The position numbers and the translations under genes were made by a program. DNA of 64,000 nt, taken from a virus. Of this stretch, positions 48,195 to 58,447 are shown piece by piece (the stretch's first letter is position 1; the number at the start of each line of letters is the position of its first letter). The stretch lies in the IMG/VR virus record IMGVR_UViG_3300037755_000497, positions 32,001 through 96,000 of that record; one strand, 5' to 3'. The notes under the pieces were generated by a model that saw nothing but the letters and a program-made list of their open reading frames with translations, was not told where the DNA came from and made no database searches.

Positions 48195-49526
48195 TTAAAG
48201 TGTTTGTCTTCCTATATTTAATCCGAGTGATGTTATCAGTGGAACATCTTTACTTGGTTTGTCGTAAAAAACAACCCCCTCTATATCAAATGCACCTTTA
48301 GACAAATTGGTTCCACTTGAATCATTTCCTTCTTCTAATGAATTGCCCACCGTATCAATTTCATCAACTATTAATAAATTATGCTTATTGGCCAGACCAT
48401 ACGTTATTACGTTCTTCACATTGGCAAAGAATCTTCTAATGCCATCTGTAAGCCTAAATTGGTCTATTTCGCCTGTGTAAAGGGTGAAGTCGAACCTATA
48501 TGACTGTTGGGTTAAGGTATCGTGTACAACGGCCATATCGTTTTCTTTATCACGTATAAAATCTTTGTGGGAAGAATTAGTGTTACGCATCACAAGACCC
48601 TTCTTGTCAATAGCGGTAATTCTATTGAAAACAATATGTGGGTAGGAAGGTTTTTCGTAATAATCTTGATTGACTTTGACAGAAATTTCTGGGACATAAA
48701 TAAAGGTGACTTCAACCAATTTGTCAACTGGTATTGGTGCTGAAAATGTTTCAATCCCTGCTTCAAAAGTAAACCCATCTTGTTTCCCACTTCCTGGTGC
48801 ATAGCTGTCATGTAAGTTTGACAGCTTTAAAGGGTCATCAGTTAAATTATAAACTGATGCAACATCAAAAATATTGTAACCCTTGTTTTCCAGTATAGTG
48901 GCCAAGTCTATGGCACTACTACTTGAAGAATCAGTGTAGAATTGAACCACTGATGTACTTCTGAAATTCAAATTCAGTAAGCGTAAAATAGTATCATAAA
49001 CTAGGTCATCGAAAAATTCAATGTCAAATTCACCCAACAATTTTAGTTCACTAACCTTTGGCGTAACTGTTTTGTCAGTTGTTTTTAAGTTGACTACAAA
49101 ACCAATTTTCTTATTTCCAATTGCCGGTATTGGGAATGTACTTATATTAAGCCTTATTTCTGATTCAGTATTCCAATCCGATGCACCAGCGATAACCCAA
49201 TTTGCCCCATCCCAATAGTAATTCCCAGCTGTGGTCTTAACTTTGAATCCAAGACTTGTTCCTTCTGGAAGGTCTAAAGTTCCCTGTTGACTTTCGTAAA
49301 TGGGTTCAAAAAGTAACCACTTTTTCAATGCCATGGGTTCAAGAAAAGGCGTTTCAAAATATATATCATCATCCAATGGGTAAAAATTTAAAGCATCAGC
49401 TTTTAAATGGATACCTGGTGCCATTGCATTTTCTGTATTTAGCCTAATTTTTGTCGGGTCAGAAAGTGCAATTTCATTTCGCATATCTTCATCAAAGCAA
49501 AAATTTTTTATAATTCTATTAATCAT
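48195..49526 (-). CDS. Tail completion/terminator-like protein
   Basis: Position before the sheath gene; YPHIVF motif. Confidence 0.5.
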   Translation of the reverse strand: MINRIIKNFCFDEDMRNEIALSDPTKIRLNTENAMAPGIHLKADALNFYPLDDDIYFETPFLEPMALKKWLLFEPIYESQQGTLDLPEGTSLGFKVKTTAGNYYWDGANWVIAGASDWNTESEIRLNISTFPIPAIGNKKIGFVVNLKTTDKTVTPKVSELKLLGEFDIEFFDDLVYDTILRLLNLNFRSTSVVQFYTDSSSSSAIDLATILENKGYNIFDVASVYNLTDDPLKLSNLHDSYAPGSGKQDGFTFEAGIETFSAPIPVDKLVEVTFIYVPEISVKVNQDYYEKPSYPHIVFNRITAIDKKGLVMRNTNSSHKDFIRDKENDMAVVHDTLTQQSYRFDFTLYTGEIDQFRLTDGIRRFFANVKNVITYGLANKHNLLIVDEIDTVGNSLEEGNDSSGTNLSKGAFDIEGVVFYDKPSKDVPLITSLGLNIGRQTL

Positions 49527-50179
49527 TTTTTATCCCTATGTTCCCCATCTTTAGCACCACGTTTTTTCCACATATCTTCGATAGCTTTTCTCCAATTTTC
49601 TTGTAGAACTCTATCAATAGTTGGGTCTTCTTCAAAAACTTTACTAAAAACTTTTCTTGATGGAACAGTTAATGTACTACCAGTTTTCATACTGCTTACC
49701 GATCTTTTTTTAGTCGAACTACCTTTTCCTTCTTTCTTACTAAGTGCTATTGCTATAGCTTTCTTCATTTTATCAGTTACAGTTATGTCATAGCCTTCTT
49801 CCATTAACTCAACAAGTGTTTCCATACTTATTTGGCTTTTTGCTTTACCAAATTGGCTACCAGTTGAACCAGCTTTTTTTATAATACCAACTTCAACTTC
49901 AAAAGCACTTTTCATTTTAAAATCAATAGCGTTCCAAAGATTTCTTTGGTTAAGTAAAGGTAAATCTGAATTCTTCATTGCTAAAGTTAATTCAGAATTA
50001 CTGTCAAATTCACGGTTCCTAATATTGTCTTTTACTTTTTTTATTAGGAATAGGTAATTCCTAATTGTGCCTTTTCTAATGGCATTAACTAAATCACTTT
50101 GTGCAGTTCCAGGTTTAATAAACTTTTCAAAGTTCTTTATGTCACCAGTAAATGTGAAACTTGCTGGGTTACTTGCCAT
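49523..50179 (-). CDS. Neck/tail completion protein (virion morphogenesis family)
   Basis: PLLNQRNL, MEEG..I.VT.KM, VPSR. Confidence 0.6.
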   Translation of the reverse strand: MASNPASFTFTGDIKNFEKFIKPGTAQSDLVNAIRKGTIRNYLFLIKKVKDNIRNREFDSNSELTLAMKNSDLPLLNQRNLWNAIDFKMKSAFEVEVGIIKKAGSTGSQFGKAKSQISMETLVELMEEGYDITVTDKMKKAIAIALSKKEGKGSSTKKRSVSSMKTGSTLTVPSRKVFSKVFEEDPTIDRVLQENWRKAIEDMWKKRGAKDGEHRDKK

Positions 50180-50595
50180 TAAGCATCCCTTGGCCCAACA
50201 GGGTCACGGTCTTGGAATGGATACCTTACTAAAGTAAAACCACCAATACCTGTAAAATGTGCAGCTGGGTCACCAGTTGAATGTGAAAGGTAAAGTTCGG
50301 TGCTAAGTTGTCCTATCTTTATAATTTTATCACCACGTTTTAACTGGATACCTTTATTTACTAGGTCTTCGTACCTAACAAGTATGTAACCCTTTCTTTC
50401 TTCATCAGCACCAAGTTGTGTAAAGTTACCCCGTTGGTCACGGTCACCATGTACTACTTGTGCTGGTAAAATCATTTCCACTTTTCTACCAATATTGTTA
50501 ACAGGGTATTTCCTACCAGACACACCAGTTGGATAAGGGGTGGAATCTTTGTCAATCTGTTGTATTGTAACGTCAATTGGTTCTATTAAGTCCAT
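50179..50595 (-). CDS. Head closure protein-like
   Basis: Size and position; LKRGDKI. Confidence 0.55.
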   Translation of the reverse strand: MDLIEPIDVTIQQIDKDSTPYPTGVSGRKYPVNNIGRKVEMILPAQVVHGDRDQRGNFTQLGADEERKGYILVRYEDLVNKGIQLKRGDKIIKIGQLSTELYLSHSTGDPAAHFTGIGGFTLVRYPFQDRDPVGPRDA

Positions 50596-51575
50596 TACCT
50601 AAACCCTTTAGAAAGTTCATCAGTTTTTCTATGCATAAAACTTCCACCCACTCTTATTGGTGTTCTGAATAAAGATATAATCCTGTCAACTTCTTCGTTA
50701 CCTGAATCAGATGAACGTACACTTTCTTTATTGCTTGATGCCTCAAAAAATTCTTGTTCGTGCAAATCAACTTTCAATCTTTTTAATGGGCCTGTACCTG
50801 ATGTTGCTGAAACAGAACTTCCAACTGGTTTATTAATATCCAACATAACTAATATTAGAACCGCTTTCTGGATAAGTAATGGCGTGCTACCATCTGGTTC
50901 TAGGTATCCAAATGAACCAGTTATATGTGTCAGTGACCCTTTAACAAAAAGTCTGGAAGTAATAGAATTTGTAAATATGCTACCCTTGGCCCTTCCAATG
51001 TTAAGCTTTATTCTAGGGTTCTTTCTGTCATCAGTAGGTGTTTGCCTTCCTTTGAAAGCTACAAAGTCGTAATCTTCACCTTCTGTTAAAATTGTAGATG
51101 TCGAATTAATTCTTAGTTCATCAATTTCAATAATCGGAACAGGTAAGTGCATAAGTGCTGTATTTCTTCCTTCAATCGGGAAGGTTCCTTCACGCTTATT
51201 AAAAAATTGGCCAGTCTTTTCATCTATTAAATTCATAGCTGTCTTAATATACCTTTCAGCTTTTGATTTAGGTAAAGTTTCCGAATGAAGAAATTTGGCC
51301 GGGCCATTAACAATTAAGTTTTCAGAACCAGTTTTTTCAACTCGAATTCTATCAGGGCCAGATAGTATTTCAATGATACAATCAGTTTCACCAGCTTGTG
51401 TTAGAACGTCTTTTATATTCAGTGCCCCAGTTGTAACGTATTCATAAATATCGCCACCAGCATCAACTGTTTTATTTGATAAAGTAATATCACTTGCAGT
51501 AACTTTTGTATTAGATGCCAAATACATTTCCAAAAGCAATTGCCCGTAAGTTACATAAAGTCCAGTGTTATCCAT
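50595..51575 (-). CDS. Head-tail adaptor-like protein
   Basis: LIDEKTGQFF, GSFGY..TPLLIQKAV, SGNEEVDRII. Confidence 0.65.
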   Translation of the reverse strand: MDNTGLYVTYGQLLLEMYLASNTKVTASDITLSNKTVDAGGDIYEYVTTGALNIKDVLTQAGETDCIIEILSGPDRIRVEKTGSENLIVNGPAKFLHSETLPKSKAERYIKTAMNLIDEKTGQFFNKREGTFPIEGRNTALMHLPVPIIEIDELRINSTSTILTEGEDYDFVAFKGRQTPTDDRKNPRIKLNIGRAKGSIFTNSITSRLFVKGSLTHITGSFGYLEPDGSTPLLIQKAVLILVMLDINKPVGSSVSATSGTGPLKRLKVDLHEQEFFEASSNKESVRSSDSGNEEVDRIISLFRTPIRVGGSFMHRKTDELSKGFR

Positions 51576-52108
51576 TATTTCACCCTTATTGATTTTGTTA
51601 TTTCTTTGTTTATATTAAAACAGTCTTTTAAAGTAATGGTTTCAAAATCTTCATCAATCGGGAATTTGCCACCCACAATTGTTAAAACCTTTCCAAGATA
51701 TTCAGAGCAAACCAGCTTCTTCCAACCATTACCAAATAAATTTTTCTTTACTTTATAATTAAAGCACTTTAGCATAAAAATTGCAAAGGCGTTCCCAACT
51801 AACTGTAGCAATGAATATTTCTTCCCTTTATTATCTGATATTACTCTTATAATAGCTTTTAATTCTTCCCTTGTTATCGGAACCTTGAATTCAGCTACAA
51901 CAAAAGAATGATTATTTATAAATTTATCAAATTCGGTTGCAACAACGCCATCTAATGTGGCCTCATTAATTATTATTGGTCGGGTTCCATCATCTGATAT
52001 ACCAAAACCAGCATGGTCATATTCAGTGCCCTGGAATAGTCTTACTAGGTGGGATAGTACCTTAGTCCACTTCCTTTTTGTTACGTAATATATATGAAGG
52101 TAAACCAT
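51575..52108 (-). CDS. Permuted papain-like (NlpC/P60, YiiX-type) enzyme
   Basis: YDHAG, EAT..GV, GKKYS, LVCSEY. Confidence 0.8.
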   Translation of the reverse strand: MVYLHIYYVTKRKWTKVLSHLVRLFQGTEYDHAGFGISDDGTRPIIINEATLDGVVATEFDKFINNHSFVVAEFKVPITREELKAIIRVISDNKGKKYSLLQLVGNAFAIFMLKCFNYKVKKNLFGNGWKKLVCSEYLGKVLTIVGGKFPIDEDFETITLKDCFNINKEITKSIRVK

Positions 52109-52110
52109 AC

Positions 52111-53181
52111 CTATCCTTTCCAGTCTGGGTCAACTAATGAGATTATGTAAAAAGATACAGTACCCCATGAACCTGTTAGTGGTACAACTTCACCATCTGA
52201 ATTCGGGCTTAGGCTAAGTATTAATTGTGCATATTGTGAACTTCTTAATGGTTGAAGTGTTATATAGTTGAAAGGGAAAATTATTGTATCATCCGGTAAA
52301 TTTCCCCATTGCGGTATAAAACCCTGTCCCAAATTCGCTGCATTTATAATGTCTTTTTCATTCTTATATTTTTTGCGTTTGTATAAAAACCTAAGTGGGT
52401 TAATTTCAGATATTGGATTCTTAGGGTCGAAAAAAGGATTACCGGCCCAAATTTCAAAATTTATAGGCACATTAATCAAACAGCTTTTAGAAAAATTTAA
52501 TTCAGCATGTTCTAATATTAAAATCTTGCCTGGTTTTGGTTCCAATAGAAAATTAGATGTCGTTGCGTATGAATACGTTGCAGTTAATGAACCTTGTAAA
52601 GCATACGAATCACTAATGGTAACTTTGCCATCTTCGTAATTAATAGTGTAGTCCCTATCTTCCAATAGTTCTTGTGCGCCATCATACACATAAGGTTTAT
52701 AATTATTATGAATGTCATCTTCATCTGTTATTCTACCATGTGAAGTATCAATCCATTTCTGTTTACTGGAATTATATAATTTCCCAGTTTCCAATTCTAA
52801 TACTTCGTTTTCAACCCTAACTGAATTCATATACCAAGTACAAGCATCACACCAGTCATGTGAAATTAGTGTAGTTGATGGCATGTCTGGTTTCTCAACT
52901 GAAACCCTTTCCACCCCAGTTGAATCAGAGTATTGTGGTGATAACTTTTTATTACTTTTCTTAAAATTTGTCTCGAAATCATATTGGATACCATTTTTTG
53001 GTTCTGTTAATGGTATCTTTGTTGATAGTATGAATTCTTCATCTATTAAAAAAACTTGGTAATATTTTTTACTGGAATCTTCTGGGTCAGTTCTAATTAA
53101 CCATTGAAGCCTATTACGCATTTCCTTTGCGATAATATTTTCTTTCAATTCTTTCCAAGTAACTTCAATAGCACTATTCAT
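52111..53181 (-). CDS. Hypothetical structural protein
   Basis: DYTINYEDGKVT beta motif; lies in the head-neck cluster. Confidence 0.55.
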   Translation of the reverse strand: MNSAIEVTWKELKENIIAKEMRNRLQWLIRTDPEDSSKKYYQVFLIDEEFILSTKIPLTEPKNGIQYDFETNFKKSNKKLSPQYSDSTGVERVSVEKPDMPSTTLISHDWCDACTWYMNSVRVENEVLELETGKLYNSSKQKWIDTSHGRITDEDDIHNNYKPYVYDGAQELLEDRDYTINYEDGKVTISDSYALQGSLTATYSYATTSNFLLEPKPGKILILEHAELNFSKSCLINVPINFEIWAGNPFFDPKNPISEINPLRFLYKRKKYKNEKDIINAANLGQGFIPQWGNLPDDTIIFPFNYITLQPLRSSQYAQLILSLSPNSDGEVVPLTGSWGTVSFYIISLVDPDWKG

Positions 53182-53188
53182 TTTTTAC

Positions 53189-56100
53189 CTATGTTAACCC
53201 TAGTGAATAAACCTTCACTTGCATTCTTGCTAAATTTACAGGTATTGTGATTGCAGAACCATCCGGTGCTGCAAACCTCATTTCAAGTAAATCATCTACT
53301 GCTACTGGTTCTATCCAATCTATTGAAACTTGTTGCCCTTGTGTTGCTGCACCTTTAGCAGAAGCTTGCGTTAAAGTGCCAGCTATTGGGTTCCCATTTT
53401 TATAAAGTTGAAACTGCCCCCTTCTGTTGTTAGCACCAGCATAAAAATAAGCACTAAATGCAATTTCAACTCTACCTTCAAAATTTGATTGGAACTCGGT
53501 ATTACTCGCTTTAGTTAAGTAGGTATTTGCGAAACTGTTTATATTATTCTGAAATAATATTGCTTGAAAAGTGGCACCTGGAACTGTTTGGTCAGTGCTG
53601 TTTACATACTGTAAAAAACCTGTTGCTAGTCTATCTAATTTTACTTTATCAACCCCTTGCATATAACCATTAGTCGATGGCCCTGATGCAGCTGGGATAG
53701 AAAATTGTCCTGTTGTAGAATTGTAAGCTAATGGTGCTAGTATGGATAGTGCAGCACGTGCCCTAGCATCGGTGAAATAAAGATTCGTACCTTCATTAAT
53801 ATGAGTGGTTAAAAGGGTGATTATCCCAGTAAAACCGTTAACTGAATTTACTTCTGATGGTGATATTTCTGTATATACTGAACCACTCCATCGGTAAGTT
53901 TTGTTTGAATCAAGTGCTACATAAATTTTACCAGTTTCACCTGTTACTGGGAAACTTGCTAGGTCAGCAAATTCTAAAACATCATCAACAAAACTTGGTA
54001 GATATATAGCATCAATTAATGAACTTGCGTTTAATGGTGCTAGTCCATTGGCCGCGCCTTTCAAAGCTGTTATGATTGTATTTACAGCTGTTGAAAAATC
54101 AGAAATTGTTGATGCTAATTGTGTCCCAGTATGTGTTGACCTGGCCCTTAAATTCGCATCAGTGTCATTCTGTGTTGCACCTGTTTGTATTGTATCAAAT
54201 TTAACCTTATCAACAGCTGACATCAGACCACCAAGAACAGCTGTAGCTACAGCAATCGGGTCAACACCATTAGGTAAATGTCTAGCAGCATGGTTACTAA
54301 CATCAACACCATCTACCTGACCAACATTAGTGATATTCTGGCCGCCCATATTAAGATTGCCAGACATCGCTTTGGAACCATCCCTATTTAATAATTGTGG
54401 GTGGGCATCAGCATTACCCCTATCTAATAATTCATCATGAAATGAACTTGCGGATAAACCAGATGCACGATGCTGTGGCGTAGGTCTAGCATCATAAATC
54501 CTAAGTGCTGGGTTACCTTCTTCCACAATTATAGTGGCTATTAAAACCATAGCATCATCAAAAGAAATAGGTGGCAATGCCAAATTAGATGCTTCGGCTT
54601 CAATTAATGTATCATGTATGGCCTGACCCGTAACAACTGAATACTGTTCATTATCACCATCACCTATTAAATAAAGTGAATGCTTAACAAATTTACCAGC
54701 TGGTATTGCTACCAACGCACCACTGTTATCATCATATTGGGTGTTAGTTACCTGTGTAACTTCACTTATAACATTAAATTCCCCTAACCCATCCCTATAA
54801 AATAAGAAAAATTCCACCGCTTGGCCTCCACTTGGTGCAAACCTATTAGTTCCAAACCAATAAATACCAGGGCTAATATCCAGTGCCCTTGCTGTGGAAC
54901 CATTTTCACTAACCTGTGAACCAGTATTGTAAATTGGGCCGAACGCTTCACGGTTAAAAGCAGCTATCTTATTTCCAATATGACTTAATAATATTGGCGT
55001 GCTTTCTATAAAATGAATTTCAGTTACAAATGTAGCAACCCTACCCAATATAATATTTTCTTCTGTATCTGGAAGTGTAGATGCTTGTGATACAACACCA
55101 GATGATGTTACGTATATGTATGATACACTTAAAGGTAGTAGGACAAGTGTTGCTGATTCCCAGAAAACTTCCCTTACAAATTTATCAACTGCATCCAAAC
55201 AAAATCCGCTACCAATGCTAACACCAACATTTAGGCCGCCACCATCTGATAATACACCGCCACTATAAACACCCATAGTTGAAGCTGCACGGCCAAGTTT
55301 TGATATATTTACCTGTTGGCTAAACTTATCAGCTTGTATTATTTCACCACGTAAGAAAACACCTATTGCACTTTCTGGGCTTGGGTCATCTATTCTTAAT
55401 TTTATAGGTGCATCGTCATCAACAAATACTTTTGTACTAACATTGGCCTTGAACAACCCTGCGCCCATAGTTCCTGGATGCTCAATATCTAAATCAGCTG
55501 TTACACCATTTCTTAGCATTACTGTTGTGGTTCTTATAGTTGGTGCTGTACCAGAATTTTCAGCGAATAAATTTTTATCGAATCCTTCAATTTCAGCACC
55601 AGATTGTGAAACTAATTCTGCACCATTATTTATACGAATACCGTTACCAGAACCAACTGTACTTCTGGCCAAAACTGTATTAGCATCAAGTCTTACCCCT
55701 GCCCCTGTTAATAATATAGCGTCTTCAAATAATGTCCCATCGTCATCAGTAAGTATTGCTGAATATATTCTAACAATTGATTGGAACCCACCATTTGATT
55801 GTATTCTTAAAAGTTTCTTAGTTATAGAACTTGATATTAACCTTAAATTTCTGAAAACTGCTTGAATGTCTTTAGTTGTTGACTCTATTACAACTGATTC
55901 TGTGCAATTTAATACTGTTACAATATCACAAATTGAAATTAATGTACTTACATCTGTAATTCTTATCCCAGCTGCATTTGCCCCTGTGGCCCCTCGAATA
56001 GTTACCCCTTGTAACCTAGAAGTTGATTGATTTATTTTTACAACGTCATTATCTGGGTCAGCTGGTTCTAGTATAACTGAACCATGCCCATTTACTTTTA

Positions 56101-56449
56101 CAGTTACATTACCCTTTATAACAAGTGGTTCACTTAATGAATAAATACCAGGGCCAATCTGTAATACATAAGGCTTAGTTGGCGAAGCATCTAAAATAGA
56201 TGCCATTGCTGCTATAGGGTCAGAAAATTGGTCGGGGCCAGGGCTTTTCTGTACAACTACTATATCTTGTATTGCTGATGCATCGGGGCCTTGTGGGCCT
56301 TGCGGGCCTGTATCACCTAAATCTGAAAGCGCACGCCACTTTAATGAACCGTCTACATCTTTAATCATAGCACTTTCATTTGCTGCATCCTCAAAATCTT
56401 TAGGTAAGTGCCTTTCAGAGTTTACTAAATCCCGATGTATTTTTGTCAT
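53189..56449 (-). CDS. Large fibre-like protein (short Gly-X-Y stretch, beta-helix region, C-terminal C1q/BclA-like domain)
   Basis: GDTGPQGPQGP; IGPGIY; GLMSAVDKVK; FPVTGETGKIYVA; VNSVNGFTG. Confidence 0.65.
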   Translation of the reverse strand: MTKIHRDLVNSERHLPKDFEDAANESAMIKDVDGSLKWRALSDLGDTGPQGPQGPDASAIQDIVVVQKSPGPDQFSDPIAAMASILDASPTKPYVLQIGPGIYSLSEPLVIKGNVTVKVNGHGSVILEPADPDNDVVKINQSTSRLQGVTIRGATGANAAGIRITDVSTLISICDIVTVLNCTESVVIESTTKDIQAVFRNLRLISSSITKKLLRIQSNGGFQSIVRIYSAILTDDDGTLFEDAILLTGAGVRLDANTVLARSTVGSGNGIRINNGAELVSQSGAEIEGFDKNLFAENSGTAPTIRTTTVMLRNGVTADLDIEHPGTMGAGLFKANVSTKVFVDDDAPIKLRIDDPSPESAIGVFLRGEIIQADKFSQQVNISKLGRAASTMGVYSGGVLSDGGGLNVGVSIGSGFCLDAVDKFVREVFWESATLVLLPLSVSYIYVTSSGVVSQASTLPDTEENIILGRVATFVTEIHFIESTPILLSHIGNKIAAFNREAFGPIYNTGSQVSENGSTARALDISPGIYWFGTNRFAPSGGQAVEFFLFYRDGLGEFNVISEVTQVTNTQYDDNSGALVAIPAGKFVKHSLYLIGDGDNEQYSVVTGQAIHDTLIEAEASNLALPPISFDDAMVLIATIIVEEGNPALRIYDARPTPQHRASGLSASSFHDELLDRGNADAHPQLLNRDGSKAMSGNLNMGGQNITNVGQVDGVDVSNHAARHLPNGVDPIAVATAVLGGLMSAVDKVKFDTIQTGATQNDTDANLRARSTHTGTQLASTISDFSTAVNTIITALKGAANGLAPLNASSLIDAIYLPSFVDDVLEFADLASFPVTGETGKIYVALDSNKTYRWSGSVYTEISPSEVNSVNGFTGIITLLTTHINEGTNLYFTDARARAALSILAPLAYNSTTGQFSIPAASGPSTNGYMQGVDKVKLDRLATGFLQYVNSTDQTVPGATFQAILFQNNINSFANTYLTKASNTEFQSNFEGRVEIAFSAYFYAGANNRRGQFQLYKNGNPIAGTLTQASAKGAATQGQQVSIDWIEPVAVDDLLEMRFAAPDGSAITIPVNLARMQVKVYSLGLT

Positions 56450-56641
56450 GGTTCTTTTCCTTCAAAATTAGGGGCTAGTAATAAGCTGCCCATTAGTGTC
56501 AAAAATTATTTCACCCGTTGACAAAACAACTAAGTTGTCAGTAGGTAAGTTTAATAACTCGAATGCTTCAATGGAATTTAATGCCCTTAAATTCGCACCG
56601 TCTTCTTCATCACCCCTTCTTCCACCAAAACCTGACATAGT

Positions 56642-56947
56642 TTACCTTCTCCAAGCCCAGACCCTAACCTTAATAGGTGGGTCACCAGCTTCCTTAGCAA
56701 AGTGTAATTTCGTCCATGCTCCATGGTCAAAAGTAATAGGTGTTTCCTTCTTAAATAAAATACCATCTAAGCTTGAACCATTAAAAGAAAAATATAGAGT
56801 TTTGTCATTGCTTTCGTTAGAAATCATTAAAGATGTTGGCGTGAATGGCAATATAATATCTGGTTTCTTATTAAATCCTAGCGAGTCGTAATTACGACTA
56901 ACATCTATTAAATTAAAATAGAAGTTCCTGTTTATTTGCCCAGACAT
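56642..56947 (-). CDS. Small beta-sandwich protein
   Basis: YFSFNG..DG..L; VRVWAW. Confidence 0.65.
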   Translation of the reverse strand: MSGQINRNFYFNLIDVSRNYDSLGFNKKPDIILPFTPTSLMISNESNDKTLYFSFNGSSLDGILFKKETPITFDHGAWTKLHFAKEAGDPPIKVRVWAWRR

Positions 56948-56968
56948 AATAATATTCCTTCATAACTA

Positions 56969-57259
56969 TTAATAGTACGCCCATAGCCTATAAGCTGATG
57001 CTACTGCACCTTTTACCGCTACTGAATTTAACCCCTGGTCAATATCATTTAACGTAAGTTCTTCATTGGCCAGTACAATACCATCAACCACTTCTGAATC
57101 ACTGGAACGGTTAATCATAAACTGTAAAGGATTTCCACCATCATTTTTGATCTTCAAAGTTGTTATAGCACCTTTAAGTGCAACATAATTATCTTCATAA
57201 TCAGCTGTAGTGTTATCTTCTTTGAAGGCCCAACCTGGTCTAATTGTTTCTGTAGCCAT
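56969..57259 (-). CDS. Small beta-sandwich protein, similar to 56642..56947
   Basis: IKND..LQF..DGIV..E; YRLWAY. Confidence 0.65.
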   Translation of the reverse strand: MATETIRPGWAFKEDNTTADYEDNYVALKGAITTLKIKNDGGNPLQFMINRSSDSEVVDGIVLANEELTLNDIDQGLNSVAVKGAVASAYRLWAYY

Positions 57260-57260
57260 C

Positions 57261-57689
57261 TTATTTCCTTTCCTTTAAATTATCCAAGGCCCATGTCCTA
57301 TTTCTAATTTTCACCAAATCCGTTCTGGAAAGAATCGGTGGTGGTGGGTTTTTGTAAGTGTAAACCATAATGGAAAGTTGAATGTTGTCAGCTTGACAAA
57401 TTAACCTTTCACCTAGTTCACGTTCCACACCCTTTTTTTCCTTAGTAACAAGTTCGGCCATAAACCGCACCCTGCTAAATCCTTTTGGAAAAGGAAGTGT
57501 GTGAAATTTTTTATTGTGAAGAACTCCAATACCAGTTATCCTGTCCTGGAAGTCTTTCACGGATGACCATTCCAACCACTGTTTCACGTCATCTTCTTTT
57601 TTCAAATCAAATTCAAGTGTGCTTCCATCCTTGAAGTTCAACTTAATCATGGTGTTTCCTTTTGTGCTTAGGTGCCAATTAAGATTCAC
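57261..57689 (-). CDS. Hypothetical protein
   Basis: Co-oriented ORF; likely start MIKLNF. Confidence 0.65.
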   Translation of the reverse strand: MNLNWHLSTKGNTMIKLNFKDGSTLEFDLKKEDDVKQWLEWSSVKDFQDRITGIGVLHNKKFHTLPFPKGFSRVRFMAELVTKEKKGVERELGERLICQADNIQLSIMVYTYKNPPPPILSRTDLVKIRNRTWALDNLKERK

Positions 57690-57705
57690 ACTTACTTAAA
57701 CCGTT

Positions 57706-58053
57706 TTATCTTCTGTTCTTTTTCTTCCCAGTTCTGCTTTCTTCCTGTGCTTTAGCTTCCTTCTCAACAGCTTTTTCTTCCAACTTTTTAGGTTCAGATT
57801 CCTTGGCCGCTTGCTTATCAGCTTGTGGTTCCATTACGGACAACACTCTTAGCTTAGGTAACATGTGCGCATGAGTTTTTTTAATATGCTCATATTCGTC
57901 TTCTGTTACCGCCAACTGTCTTCCAGGATTGACGTGTAAGGCCCCTTTACAAGAACGCTTACAGTCTTTCCCAAATTTCTCAACACATTCAGGGGCATCA
58001 CCGTAATACACAATTAAATATTTTTTCATGTTCAGTTCCCCACTTATTTTCAA
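57706..58053 (-). CDS. Hypothetical protein with charged tail
   Basis: Co-oriented ORF. Confidence 0.65.
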   Translation of the reverse strand: MKISGELNMKKYLIVYYGDAPECVEKFGKDCKRSCKGALHVNPGRQLAVTEDEYEHIKKTHAHMLPKLRVLSVMEPQADKQAAKESEPKKLEEKAVEKEAKAQEESRTGKKKNRR

Positions 58054-58064
58054 GTTTTAAAAAA

Positions 58065-58379
58065 TTACTTTTTACTGGATTTTTTGCCAGCTTTTTTCTT
58101 GCTTGAAGACTTTAATTTTTTATCAGACTTGCTTTTCTTTTGGTCACCTTCACTTGAAGATTTTTTCTTTTTCTTAGCCGCTTCCTTTGGTTCTAATTCT
58201 GTACAACTAAATCTACCATTGTTAGCAAATTCTTGACATGCGCTACCACGTACAATTTTTGGTACATTTCTGATGAATTTTTCCCCAGCAAGTGTATAAG
58301 TTTTCCCTCTAATCAAAGTAACTTTTGCCCGTCTAATTAATTTTTCTGTTGCCATTTGTGCTTCCTTTGTTATTGCCAA
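58065..58379 (-). CDS. Basic protein with Lys/Ser-rich tail
   Basis: Directly downstream of the major capsid gene. Confidence 0.65.
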   Translation of the reverse strand: MAITKEAQMATEKLIRRAKVTLIRGKTYTLAGEKFIRNVPKIVRGSACQEFANNGRFSCTELEPKEAAKKKKKSSSEGDQKKSKSDKKLKSSSKKKAGKKSSKK

Positions 58380-58411
58380 ATATAGCTGTTAATAAGTTTC
58401 AATACAACAAT

Positions 58412-58434
58412 GGGGCCTATTATTGGAAGACCCC
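58412..58434 (-). terminator. Hairpin after the capsid gene
   Basis: GGGGTCT/AGGCCCC stem; weak U-tract. Confidence 0.45.
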
Positions 58435-58447
58435 GAAACCAGTTAAA

